Part shown: piece after piece, positions 24,479-37,915 of the stretch
How positions within the stretch are numbered: the first letter of the stretch is position 1
Layout: the number at the start of each line of letters is the position of its first letter
Source: Rhizophagus irregularis
Lineage: Eukaryota
Reading direction: 5' to 3'
Length of the DNA: 64,000 bases
Assembly: GCF_026210795.1 (NCBI RefSeq)
Contig: NC_089434.1
Coordinates: 3,968,001-4,032,000 of the forward strand
The notes under the pieces: model-generated
The model's database searches: none
Seen by the model: only the letters and a program-made list of their open reading frames with translations
Told to the model about the DNA's origin: nothing
Position numbers and translations under genes: made by a program

Positions 24479-27400
24479 ATGTCTGACATTAAGAAATCAA
24501 GTGATTGCATCGATTGGTTAGAAAAATCGATTGCTAACGAATATTTCAATTATTATGAATATTCGGAATTCAATAATTTATGTCCGATAGGAAGTGGTTC
24601 ATATGGAATTGTGGTTCGTGCTAATTGGAAAAATACTGAAAATCTTTTTGCTTTAAAAACTTTCAATCTTGATAAAACTACGCTAAAAGAAGTTATTAAT
24701 GAGGTATACAATTTATAAAAAGACTTAAAATTTATATGAATTTTTAATTAAATATTCAACTTCTTACATAGATAAAATTACAAAAAAGAGTGGATTTTCA
24801 TGAAAATATTTTAGGACTCTGTGGCATTACGAGAATAGAAGCTGGTAAGCTTTAGTATATAATATATTTTTAAATGTTATTTTTTTATTAATACGGTATT
24901 TCGATATAATCATCACTTTTGTACGTAAATATTCAGAGAAAAAATATTCCCTAGTTTTGGAATACGCCGATGGTGGTACATTAAAAACTTACTTAAATAA
25001 CCACTTTAATGAACTTAATTGGGATGATAAATTTCAATTAGCATTCCAATTAGCAAGTGCTGTAGAATATATTCATAATTATGATATTATTCATCGTGAT
25101 TTGGTAATGTATCAGATTTTTTTAAATTATTCGATTTGATTTATAAGATAATTCAAAATTAATGTAAGCTTTTATTCAATTAAAGCATGCAAGCAACATA
25201 CTTATACGTCAGAAAAGTATTAAGATAGCAGATTTTGGACTATCAAAAAAAATTGCTGAATCAAGCAACATGTCAGGAATGTTTGGTGTTGTGCCATATG
25301 TGGACCCAAAAAGTTTTAATAATAAAAAATATAATAATTGTAATGAAGGTGATGAAAATTATAAGTTAAATAAAAAATCTGATGTATATAGTGTAGGAGT
25401 TTTGATATGGCAAATCTCAAGTGGTCGTCGACCATTTTATGCAGAGAATGTGGAATATGATATAAGTTTGGTCTTAGCTATACAAGGGGGAGCGCGAGAG
25501 AAAATTATTGAAGGAACTCCTATTAAATATAGTGATCTATATACAGGTAATTATAGTTTTTTATTTTTTTATAAATGTCAATTAATAAATGTCAATTAAT
25601 AATAATATTAATTTATCTATACATTTTAATAAGAATGTTGGAAACATGAGCCAAATGAACGTCCAAATATAAAAGATGTTGTTTTAATTCTTAAGTCATT
25701 AACTTTTCCTGATCAATATCATGTAGTTAATAACTATAACGATATTATTGAGGAAAGAGAAAATACTAGTTTATTACAAAAATCTTTGGATATAAATGAT
25801 GATTTGATACTGGACGATATATTAAATAATATAAGTAATTATGAAAATAGTTCTATCTTACAAGATCAATCATCCATTAAATCAAGTATAGTGGATCTGC
25901 TTATTCAAACACAATCAAGAAATTCATTTGATTCAACATTTAAAAATAATATCAATCATATGATTGTTGATGAATTAATTGCAGTTATTATTAAAAAGCA
26001 TGATGCAGGTCATACTTTTGATCAAATTCAAGAATTAATTAATCAAAAAATACTACAATTAAATCAAATTACAAATAATCTTGTGAACTGGCTTACAGAA
26101 AATCAGGATAAACCAAAATATATTTGGTTTTTTGGATTATTTTATTATTATGATATTGGAATAGAAGAAAATAATAGCATTAAGGTATTTGAATTATTTT
26201 TAAAAGCTGCAGATGATAATTATTCAATAGCTCAAGTTTATCTTGCTAAATGTTATAATGATGGATATGGAACTGAACAAAATAAAGATTTAGCATTCAA
26301 GTGGTATCAAAAAGCTGCAGAAAATGAAAGTATTATAGGACAATTTTATTTAGGATATTGTTATGAATTTAATATTAGTACTGAGAATAATAATAATAAA
26401 TTTATTGAATGGTATCAAAAAGCAGCCAACAATGGAAATACAACTGCAAAGCTTTATCTTGCAAATTGTTATAGATTAGGAAAAGGAATAGAAAAAGATG
26501 AATCTAAAGCATTGAAGTATTACACAATATTATCAGAAAAAGAAATTACAGATGCTCAAATTCAACTTGGAAATTGTTTTTATTATGGAGTTGGAATAAA
26601 TATTATCGATAAATTTCAAGCTTGTTACTGGTATGAGAAAGCAGCCAGTAATGGAAATATCATTGCAAAACATATTCTTGAACAAAATTATAATAAAAAA
26701 TCTATTAAAAAAAATAAAAATATAGAAATTAAGATTCATAAAACAATATATTTTGAAAGACTAAGGCAAATTGGAATGAATAATTATAATGGAGAAAAGT
26801 TTAAAAAAGCAATTTATTACTTTCAAAAGGCGGCAGAAAATGGAAATAAACTTGCACAATATAATTTAGGTAATTGTTATAGAAATGGTAAAGGAGTAGA
26901 AACAAATATAAGAACTTCTTTTAAATTATATCAAAAATCAGCCGAACAAGGTTATAAAGATGCACTATTTCAACTTGGAGATTTTTATGATAAAGGGATT
27001 GGAATTGATATTAATAAAGTAACAGCATTTGAATTATATAAGATTGCCGCTAAAAAAGAACACAACGTTGCACAATGCAATCTTGGAATTTTATATGAAA
27101 ATGGGGAAGTTACAGAAAAAAATCTAGAGAAAGCTTTTTATTGGTACAAAAAAGCAACAGATAGTGGATATGAAGTAGCACAATACAATTTAGGTCAATG
27201 TTATAAGGATGGTAAAGGAGTAGAACAAAATAAAAGAAAAGCCTTTAAATTATTTCAAAAATCAGCTGAACAAGGATATATAAATGCACAATATGAACTT
27301 GGACTTTGTTACAAATTTGGAATTGGAACTGAAGTAAATAAAACAAAAGCATTCGAATTATATAAAATAACAGCCGAAAAAGGACAAACTAATGCACAGA

Positions 27401-30400
27401 ATGAGCTTGGAATGTTTTATGAAATCGGGGATTGCACAGAAACAGATTTGGAAAAAGCTGTTTTTTGGTATAATAAAGCAGCAGTAAATGGTGATAAATC
27501 TGCACAATATAATTTAGGTCAATGTTATAGACTTGGAAAAGGAGTTGATAAGGATAATGGTATAGCTTTTGAATATTATAAAAAATCAGCCGATCAAGAG
27601 TATACAGATGCACAATTACTACTTGGATATTGTTATATTCAAGGTATTGGTACAATGGCAAATATTACAAAAGCATGTGAATTATTTAAAATAATTGCAG
27701 AAAATGGCGATAAAATAGCACAATATATTTTGGGTCAATGTTATAGACTTGGAAAAGGAGTTGAAAAGGATAATGGTAAAGCTTTTGAATATTATAAAAA
27801 ATCGGCTGATCAAGAGTATACAGATGCACAATATGAACTCGGACGTTGTTATTATTCTGGAATTGGAATTGAAGTAAATAAGACAAAAGCATTTGAATTA
27901 TATAAAATAACAGCCGAAAAAGGACAAACTGATACACAGAATGAGCTTGGAATGTTTTATGAAATCGGGGAGGGCACAGAAATTGATTTGGAAAAAGCCG
28001 TTTATTGGTATAATAAAGCAGCAGAAAATGGAAATAAATCTGCACAATATAATTTAGGTCAATGTTATAGACTTGGAAAAGGAGTTGAAAAGGATAATGA
28101 TAAAGCTTTTGAATATTATAAAAAATCGGCTGATCAAGAGTATACAGATGCACAATATGAACTTGGAGAATGTTATTATTCCGGAATTGGAATTGAAGTA
28201 AATAAAACAAAAGCATTTGAATTATATAAAATTGCAGCCAAAAAAGGACAAAATAATGCACAGAATGAGCTTGGAATATTTTATGAAATCGGGGATGGCA
28301 CAGAAACAGATTTGGAAAAAGCTGTTTATTGGTATAATAAAGCAGCAGTAAATGGTAATAAATCTGCACAATATAATTTAGGTCAATGTTATAGACTTGG
28401 AAAAGGAGTTGATAAGGATAATGTTAAAGCTTTTGAATTATATAAAATTGCAGGCGATAAAGGACAAACTAATGCACAGAATGCGCTTGGAACAATTTAT
28501 GAAATCGGGGATGGCACAGAAACAGATTTGGAAAAAGCTGTTTATTGGTATAATAAAGCAGCAGAAAATGGAAATAAATTTGCACAATTTAATTTAGGTC
28601 AATGTTATAGACTCAGAAAAGGAGTTGAAAAGAATAATGGTAAAGCTTTTGATTATTATAAAAAATCAGCCGATCAAGAGTATACAGATGCACAATATGA
28701 ACTTGGACGTTGTTATAGATTTGGAATTGGAATTGAAGTAAATAAAACAAAAGCATTTGAATTATATAAAATTGCAGCCAAAAAAGGACAAACTAATGCA
28801 CAGAATGAGCTTGGAATATCTTATGAAAATGGGGATGGCACAAAAACAGATTTGGAAAAAGCTGTTTATTGGTATAATAAAGCAGCAGAAAATGGAAATA
28901 AATCTGCACAATATAATTTAGGTCAATGTTATAGACTTGGAAAAGGAGTTGAAAAGGATAATGGTAAAGCTTTTGAATATTATAAAAAGTCAGCTAATCA
29001 AGAGTATTTAGATGCTTACTTTCAACTTGGATATTGTTATGATCTAGGGATTGGAACAGAAATAAACGTTATAAAAGCATATGAATTATATAAAATTGTG
29101 GCAGAAAATGGTAATAAAGTAGCACAATATAATTTAGGCCTATATTATAGACTTGGAAATGGAATCAAAAAAGATCATGTTAAAGCTTTTGAATATTGTA
29201 AAAAATCAGCCGATCAAGAATACTTAGAAGCACTACTTCTACTTGGATATTATTATGATAAAGGAATTGGAGTTGAAATTGACAAAGTAAAAGCTTCTGA
29301 ACTATATAAAAAGGTATTTGAATTACATAAAATTGAAGCTGAAAATGGAAATAGCGAAGTACAATTGAGCTTTGGTCGTTTATATTATTTTGGTTGCAGT
29401 ACGGAGATGGATTATAAGAGAGCTATATACTGGTTTAACAAAGCAGCAGAAAATGGTCATGAAATAGCACAGTTTAACATATCTGTTTTCTATATGCATG
29501 GAATATATGTCAAAAAAAATGAAATTAAAGCTTTTGAATATTGCAAAAAATCAGCTGAAAAAGGATATTTAGGTGCCCAATTGAACCTTGGATATCATTA
29601 TTATAAAGGTATTGGGACCGAAGTTGACAAAGCAAAAGCAAATGAGATATATAAAAAATTGTTTGAATTGTGTATAAAAGCAGTTGATAGTAGAGATGAT
29701 ACCATAGAATGTTTCTTGGGACACCTATATCGTGATGGTTATGGAACAAAAAAAGATTTAGATAAATCCATTTATTGGTATCAAAAAGCTGCAGAAAATG
29801 ATAGTTCAAATGCACAATATGAATTAGGAAAATGTTACGAATTAGGAATTGGCGTAAATAAGGATGAATTTAAGGCTTTTGAATTTTACAAAAAATCAGT
29901 TGAAAATAGATTTCCGGAAGCAAAGTTTATACTTGGATATTATTATATAAATGGTATTGGGACTGAAATTAATAAAGAAAAGGGATTTGAACTATATAAC
30001 GAAGCGGCTGGTAAAGAAAACAGTAGAACTATACAGTATTACCTTAATAATGATAATGATGAGTTAATAAATAATTTAGATGAAATCAGTAAAATTAATT
30101 ATTGGTACCACAAAGCTGCAGAATATGACAATAAATATGCATTATATAAATTAGGTGAGTGTTATGAATTAGGAAAAGGCGTTGGTTTTGATGAAAGGAG
30201 GGCATTTGAGTTTTATAAAAAATCTGCTGATCAAGGATTTATAGATGCTCAATATAAAATTGGATATTTATATAATTATGGGGAAGAAGTTGAAATTAAT
30301 GAAGAAAAGGCATTTAAATATTATAGAATGGCTGCAAAAGGAGGAAATATTAATGCTCAATTAAGCCTTGCATCCTTTTATGAAAAAGGTAAAGGAATTG

Positions 30401-30507
30401 AAACAAATATAGAAAATGCTAATTATTGGTATAAAAAAGCTATAGAAAATGGATGTCAAGAAGTTGAAAAAAGCTTAAATTCATTACTATATAATATTCA
30501 TAAATAA
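24479..30507 (+). CDS. Protein kinase-Sel1 repeat protein (about 1899 aa, 5 exons, roughly 35-38 Sel1-like repeats)
   Basis: Exons 24479-24703, 24772-24844, 24937-25103, 25186-25546 and 25634-30507 sum to 5700 nt and keep frame. Kinase motifs [38 protein letters not shown], then 36-aa AQxxLGxCYxxGxGxxxxxxKAxxxYxKAA repeats. Confidence 0.93.
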
Positions 30508-30869
30508 TAAAAATATCCAACTTTAGTAGAAGTCAATAATAAATTAGCTCCCTCTTCTTAAAATATATATTATTTTATGTAATCAACTTATTCATTAATT
30601 TTGCTTATTATAATAAATCTGAATGCAGAATATAATAAATATAATACCAGAATTCTATTTAATGCAATCTCTACTTTGACATTGAAATGATCAATTTAAG
30701 GACTAAATAATTTACAAGTACTACAGTAATTTATATCGCTTACCAAATTTACTGAATTAAAAAAATAAATTTACATTATCTTCAAACTTTTGTATATGTT
30801 AGTTGTTACATAAATGGTAAGTTTGTAAAATAAATGGTTTTCTTAAATTGTCTATTATTCCTACTCTTC

Positions 30870-31040
30870 AGCGATTTATCTGTGGCTGGTCCAAGTAATC
30901 TCTTTGATGAAGCAATCATACAGTGTTGACCGTCCAATTTCGCCATTTTCGGTCAGCTGCTTGATATCTCTGTGACGAACATGAAGGAGGACCTTTACTC
31001 GGCAGAATTCCTCCCATTGAGATTCTCGACGTAACATCCT
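30870..31040 (-). pseudogene. Short relic resembling the region N-terminal to the helicase in Helitron-type Rep/PIF1 proteins
   Basis: Translation QWEEFCRVKVLLHVRHRDIKQLTENGEIGRSTLY. Recognised from memory of Glomeromycotina PIF1-like proteins, not verified by search. Confidence 0.45.
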
Positions 31041-31667
31041 TAATTATTCCAAGACCATTAGTTTTATTATTCCAAAATGATGTAAGGTTTTATGTAAAAG
31101 AGCTGGATGTAATACAAGTTATCACGACTACATTAGTAAAAAATGATTAAAGATGCATTAATTTCATACTTCGTACCGGAAAGAGGTGAATGGATTAAAG
31201 CATATTGTCCAGAACATTTTATACAAATATTATATAGTAATGTATGGTTGAGTAGTGGTGTTAAATAAAAAAAAGCACTTTGATCAAAGAAATAAAAAAT
31301 TTAGCGCATACTAGTTACTAACAATTTATTATCGATACCCTTTCAAAATATGTAAGATGTCTCAAAATTCAGATACAAAAAAGATACGTTAGTATTCTGC
31401 TAAAATAAATCATTATATAAAAAATGTGATTAATTTTTATACTATTGGACTTTAAAAGACAAATGTTACATATAAAGTTTGTAGTACTTATACTTAATTT
31501 ACCAGAAATCTTGATGTAACGGGTTTTGACAAATTTTACTAATGGAACGGATGGTTCCATTTTATCGAATTTCACTGCGTACTATCAAAATTTCGTTTAA
31601 TAAAAAAGTTATTTGATTGATGAAGCGATGTGATTTAAATACAACAGCACTCATTATCCAATTTCGT

Positions 31668-31853
31668 CCCTATTAAAAATTTTTATCCGAATATTTGTGT
31701 CTTCCGTAAAAATTCCGTGAAAATGATACATTCATGGATATCCGTGTTAGCGAGTTGAAAATTTCCATGATTTAAGGCTATAAATTCCATTAAAATGATA
31801 CATTCACGGAAAAAACATGGAAAGATAAAACACGGATCAGATTTTTTACAGGG
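31668..31853. mobile_element. MITE with CCCT...AGGG termini and 3-bp TSD (CMC/EnSpm-like)
   Basis: CGT|CCCTATTAAAAATTTTTATCCG ... CGGATCAGATTTTTTACAGGG|CGT, with internal TCCGT/ACGGA subterminal repeats. Confidence 0.7.
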
Positions 31854-32139
31854 CGTAATTCCTTAATTCTAAATAAAACTTTTCGTATAAATGGTTAATT
31901 TACTTACAACACGCAACATCAAATCAATTTCACAAGCTCTAAAATATATAAATATGTTATTATTTAAATATTTTAATAATACATTTTTATGCATCCCAAA
32001 ATATCGGAGACAGTCAAAAAATTTTACTATTACTAGCTGTACACATTTATTTTCAGAGCCGGAATTATGATAATTTCGGTCATTGTCCAAAAAAGGTGAT
32101 AGCTTCCACCAGGAATTATCTTGCTTGAGTTAACATAGA

Positions 32140-33030
32140 TTTTTTTTTATGATAGTTTTTTTTTATATGGCAAAGAACATACAAACATCAAAAAAACAAG
32201 ATCTAAAGTTTAGTATAAAGCTAACGCCAGATACCTCCCCCCTCATACCAACGCCTTCACCACATACGGTGAAGTTGTGATACTATTACCTACCACACAT
32301 ATAATACGATGATTGAATGTTCAAAAGGACACCAAAATTATCTACTGTACAAATACAATTGAAAAAAATAAAACTCCCGTAAACCAACTAAGTCCCCTAA
32401 ACTAACTACGTACCTAAACTAAGTTAAAATTTTATGGTTGGAAATATTTTTACTATCTCGTGACCTATTTATCTTCCACTCTCCATCTCTTCTTGAACTC
32501 TCTCTCTTTTGGGCTCTTACCTGCTCACCTACCTCCCTATTTTCTTCCTTCACTCGTTTTTCAATTACGTTGTTAAGCGCGTAATATTTTTGAATCACCT
32601 CGTGTGATTCTGCGTGTTTAATAAACCATTCTTTCATCTCGAATAAAGCCGTGTTATTTTCGATCTTACAATTTGACCCGTGTTGCTGCAGATGCATTAT
32701 ATATTCGGCCGAAAATTGTCTATCAACCTTCTCTCATTCCATTTCTTCTCCACACTCCTTAAAGATACCTTTCAATTCGTTAATTTTTGGCGATATTACA
32801 TTGTTATACCTCGCTGCTATATTACGTGGTGGAATTGGAGATGATTTCAGATCATAGTTACAATTGAGCACAATTTTTTGATTGATCGGATATATTAATA
32901 TGGGGCAAAAACACGCAGACGTGTTAAATCGATCTGGGTGAACACCAATTTTTGTAGATCTATTTGACTTACTGCTAACCGCATCAGCAACCAATTATAG
33001 GCTGTAATTTGCGATAAATTCGATCCGGTC
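32140..33030 (-). mobile_element. Probable 3' fragment of a retroposed (non-LTR) element
   Basis: GC-richer island with two frameshifted ORF pieces (32734-32994, 32419-32697), then a UTR-like stretch ending in A-runs on the minus strand. No RT motif or TSD found. Confidence 0.4.
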
Positions 33031-33069
33031 TAGAATTGAACAAGGCTTATATAATTTCAATTTTTATTA

Positions 33070-33993
33070 TCCTTTATATATATCTCGGATATTATACATC
33101 GCTTGTTAACAAATATAATGTCTTCCGCTTGTAAAATGCAAACTCCTTCATAATTATAAAACTTTTTGTCAAAACTAATAATTAAAATTTGCCACATTAA
33201 AATTCCAACACTATCATATATCATTTTGTTTAACTTATAACATTGATCGTTTTAACTTTTTGGTCATATTAACTATAGGTATTACACAAAATAGTGTATT
33301 TTTAATGTTCTACTTGACACCTTAGTAATTTTTATAATCCAAAATCTACCAACTTTAACTTTTTCTGATTATATCTGCATTGTGCTATATACTTTATTAA
33401 TTAAATTAAAATAATCAGAATTATTATAACCACATCACGGTGAATGGTATCGTGCTGGATAAATGGATAGTATTTGTTATTCCAACCAAGTTCATTTTTA
33501 ACGTACCACTATCAGCATATACCAAGACCAATGAATATTTTCGAATTACATCTGAATATATTATAATAAGCGAAAAAAGATTAAATCGTTGAAAAAAAAA
33601 GGAAACTTAAATAATAGGTACATGTTAAAACTTACCTTCGTGATGTCATAGAATCGTAATTTGTTTTCTTGGAAATCAACTTTTTTATGTAGCTTTATCA
33701 GTCTATAAAAAAAAGTTAAATTAACAGATGTATATAAAAACAAATATCATTTTTTTTCTAATATATACTTCATTTATGACTTCTTTCAACGTTAATTTAT
33801 TATCATTAAAAGTTTTTAAAACGAACAATACTCGAACAATCTCTCAGTATCTCTCCAAGACTCTACCATAAGAACCATTTCCTATTGATTGTATATTATT
33901 AAATTCGGAATATTCATAATAATTTAAATATTCTTCAATAATTGATTCTAACCGATCAATATTTGTTTCGTTAAAGCCAGTTTCATTTGACAG
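33070..33993 (-). pseudogene. Protein kinase pseudogene related to the kinase domain of 24479-30507
   Basis: [72 protein letters not shown] and VDFGL, with similar intron positions. The start codon appears mutated and there are many frameshifts and stops. Confidence 0.85.
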
Positions 33994-34429
33994 AGTTTTG
34001 ACAAAAAAAAAGTAAATTTTTTTTAATTGTTATGCAAATGACGTAAAATAATATAATACGACTAATACGTACTAATATATTATGGTGGCTTAGTTCGTGT
34101 AAAAATTTGTTACCCAAAAGGAAAAAGGAAAATTGATGTACAATAATAAATTAGGCGAATCAATTATTTCTGATCCTTTTTTTTTTGACGGGTCGCATAT
34201 TTCCTTAAAATTAAATAGTTACAAATTTAAATGCTTATTTTTTCAAGATCAGATCGATATTTTGACTTCCCCGGTTTTGCCGATTTCTAAATAGAGGTTT
34301 TTTCCCATTATAAATTGGGTAAATTCTGACAGTACAACATTATTACAGTTTAACAGCTGATTCAGAATTCACAAGCCGGGAAATTTGATTGTTTGTCACG
34401 TGAATATCTATTATTCAATCGTCAAATTT

Positions 34430-34818
34430 TATATCAATACGACTCCAGCCCACGATTGATTTAGCCCGGCCCTCATTATGATAGTCAATACTGGACCTTT
34501 TTGCGGCGTCGTTAGACGAAAGAAAAATATGGAAGATAGGATAGTTAGATATAATTTTTTTTTGGTTTTTTTCGCTTCCTCCCTCTTTGTTTCTCTCTCA
34601 CTCGCGTACAATGCTGGTAATGCTTAGTGTTGTTTTTTTTCAATAATAGGCAGTACGATCCCTTCTTTGAGAAGGTTGGGTATAAACTGTTTAACACCGT
34701 AAGGCATAACCTGTTTATATGGGTATAGTGTTAGCGTAGTAGTTTCCTTTTGTAAGGGCTCAGCCCACAAACTTATATGGCTCCCGTCATTGTCTATATT
34801 TTAATAATAAAATAAAAA
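34430..34818 (+). mobile_element. Possible short 3' end of a non-LTR retroelement
   Basis: GC-richer island ending in AATAATAAAATAAAAA, similar in style to the tail at 47070-47093. No TSD seen. Confidence 0.3.
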
Positions 34819-35399
34819 TTGTGACAATTATAAATTATTACTTGCTGTTTAAGAATTTTCTTTCCTCTTCTTCTATAAGGTTTTTACTTTTAATTCTAAT
34901 TCTTTTTCACGTGTTCTATTTTCTAAACCTTTTTTTTTCGTGTTGTCGTTATATCATAACAATAAATATAGTCGTTTATCAAATTTAATAATTTAATTAT
35001 AGGATGCGTAAAACTGAAAAAATTGCGCAAAACAATCTCAGAATTTTTTTAATTATCCAAAGAACAAAGCAACAAGTTAATGAACTTAAAGTCTTCACGC
35101 ATGAATAAATTCTTTAAATTTATCATAATTTCAATGATAAAATTATGATTACGAATTTAATGATCAAATCATTTTAGTGATATATAGTCGAGACATTAGA
35201 CATTGTATTTTTCCAATGTATACAAATACAATTGTACGCAAATATTATAATTTTTTATATAGGATTACATTAGAACCAAAAAAAATTATCTCCATTAATT
35301 ACGGTTAATTGAAATAATTTTATTATATAGTATCAACTACGGTGTTCCTTGACATATTTTAAATTTCGATTTAAATTTAAAAAACCTTCAATGTTTCGA

Positions 35400-35720
35400 A
35401 TCTCGAATACGTTCGATCATAAACTTCGTATTTTTCTTTAATTTTTTATCTAGCAGATTATGATATCCATTATCATCATGAGCCTTTATCTTCGTTACTT
35501 TCGGTAATTTAATTTTATCTTCGAATATTAATACACAATTTTGTTCTTTTAATATTTTTCTCATATTATAAAATTGTTTCTCTTATAATTTGTAATATCT
35601 TTTATATACTGTTTCACTATCCGTTATTATATTAACTTTGTCGATATCGAAACTAATCAACAAAGCTCTTTATTGATGAAATCCAGTATTCTTTATAGCT
35701 TAATCGGCAAGTAATGTTGT
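35400..35720 (-). pseudogene. Degenerate RNase H fragment of a retrotransposon
   Basis: KVNIITDSETVY...KVTKIKAHDDNGYHNLLD matches the TDS and K(V/I)KAH...N...D RNase H motifs; interrupted by stops. Confidence 0.6.
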
Positions 35721-35759
35721 ACTGTACATCTAATCCAATTCCGGTTAGTGAAATTTTAA

Positions 35760-36470
35760 TCTTTTTAAAAAATCTCATTTTTTTTTCTTGAACCGATCTT
35801 TTACTTTTGGTTCTTTCTTTTTTCTAAATTTCCTCTTTTGAAACACCTTTTACTTTTTTTTTTTTCTTTTTTTAAAGATTTTTTGTTTTTTTTCTTCTTT
35901 CTTTTTTTTTTTGTTTTTTTTCATTCTTTCCCCAATTAGGTTTGGTTTATTTTTCCAAAACCGAAAATTATTAATATTATTTTTTTTATTAATTAATCCT
36001 ATTGTTTCGGTCTTTTAAGACCGATTTTTTTTATATTATTTTTTTCGGTCCTTTTTTTTAAGACCGTATTATTAATTTTTTTCTTGAATTTTTTTTTCGG
36101 TCTTTTTAGACCGAATTATTGTCCTTTTTTTTCAGAATTTTTTTCGGTACTTATTTTTTTATTTTTTCGGATTCCTTTTTTTTTCGAAAATTTTCCTTTT
36201 TTTAAACCGATTTCTTTATCCTTTTTCTTTTCCCCAAATTTTTTTTTCTTTTTCTTACGAATTTTTTTATTATTTTTTCTTTCCTTTTTGGTTTCTTTTT
36301 TCAACCTGATTTTTCTCTTTGTCCCTCCCCCAATTTTTTTTTTCGTTTTTGTTTTTTTTGTTTTTTCCGGTTGGCTTTTTTTCCAATCCGAAAAATTTTT
36401 TCCTTTTCCTTTTTCGGTTTGGCTTTTTTTCTTTCAAGCCGAATTTTTTTTTTCTCAAATACATTCTTTC
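35760..36470. repeat. T-rich low-complexity tract with interspersed CCG/CGG
   Basis: Long T-runs punctuated by TTTCGG/ACCGA; this explains the Phe-rich and Lys-rich ORFs here. Confidence 0.75.
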
Positions 36471-37748
36471 ACCATTTAGAGTTGGATCGGTGATCGGTTC
36501 GATGTTGCGGCGCCATGGAAATTGCCTTTTTTCCCGATTCTTATTATTAATAATATTATTATTTTTTAGGTTGTATCAAGCTCTAACATAATTACTTACT
36601 TATTTTTTGTAACAATTTTCACAATGGGTCAATTTTTCTGGGATTTTTTTTTTTTCATATTAATTAGTCAAATATTTTTTTTTCTATAACAATAGATTGC
36701 TATATTGAATTTCTTTAAGATATGGTAACAATATATATGTATTTTTTTCAACGGAGGATGTAATTTTTTTAATGCTACAATGGAATTTTTTAAAATAAAA
36801 AAAAAAAGATATTTTTGTAACAATGTAACAATAAACTACTTATATAAATTGTTTTTGTAATGAATTTGTTTTTCTTGTTTCTATTGTACAGTAGATTTCG
36901 GCATTGAATTCAGCTTCGGATTCTTCGTTATGGTGAGTTTCAAAGTTACATACTTCGAATTTTTTTATTTGATTTTTCATTGTAAAGAAACTATTCCTGA
37001 TTCTTTATAGATTCCTTGGGTACACAACAACAATATATATATATAGCATATATAATCGTAGCGATGATTCTTTCTTCAGAAAAAAATTTTTTAATTTTTT
37101 TTTTTATTTATTTTCTTTAAATATTTAAAGTGATAATTTTATTAAATTATTATAAACCTTAGTTTCCTGATGGATGTAGTTTCCATAGAGAAAACTGATA
37201 TCAATAAAATTGAGGGCTTTGGATGTTAAGTTTCAAAGTTAATTTTTATTAAAAACATTTTTAACGTTTATTTATTTATTTATTTTTGGTGGGTCCTTAA
37301 GAATATCGACTAGGATTTGAAATGGTAAGTTTCTTTGTGAAACTTTAAATTTATTTGTAGATTCTTGCTCTGAAGTAATGGGACTAGTATAAATATTTTT
37401 TAGTAGATTTAGGATTATTTTTGGCATACTATTTTAACAAAAGATAGTTTAACGTGATTTAACAATTAAAAATATCGCTAAGTAAAAATAAAACAATTTA
37501 ATATTATATAACTATAAAAAATAATTATCGCTATTTAACTTATTTTGTTATTTGATCGTCATTTACCCACATCGACGAGTCCAATTATTTTGATATATCA
37601 CATGGCATTTTCATCGATATATCATATATATCTCTTAAAAAAATTCCCGATGTATCGGTCGGTATATAGAATACAACACTAATTTATGAGTTATATATAG
37701 TAGATTTTATTGGTTAATAACAAATTCCGTACGAAATTGTTGTTTCGA

Positions 37749-37915
37749 TAATGGTGTAGTTAGCCGAAAAGCGGAGCCGAATTCCTGATTGCCGATCATC
37801 CGGACCGGTTTAATCGCAGAAAATCCCCTGATTCCACGACGATCTACGCCTGAGCTGGGTCCGGATCAACGTTGCGGACTTGCGGCTAATTATTTTTCGG
37901 CTAACTACACCATTA
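37749..37915. mobile_element. MITE with 22-bp perfect TIR and imperfect 8-bp TSD (hAT-like)
   Basis: TAATGGTGTAGTTAGCCGAAAA ... TTTTCGGCTAACTACACCATTA; flanks TGTTTCGA and TATTTCGG match at 6 of 8 positions. Confidence 0.8.

Noticed and set aside
26533..29815. Antisense and alternate-frame ORFs inside the Sel1 exon
   Set aside because: Shadow ORFs produced by the repetitive coding strand.
36084..36591. Phe-rich and Lys-rich ORFs
   Set aside because: Artefacts of the T-rich low-complexity tract.
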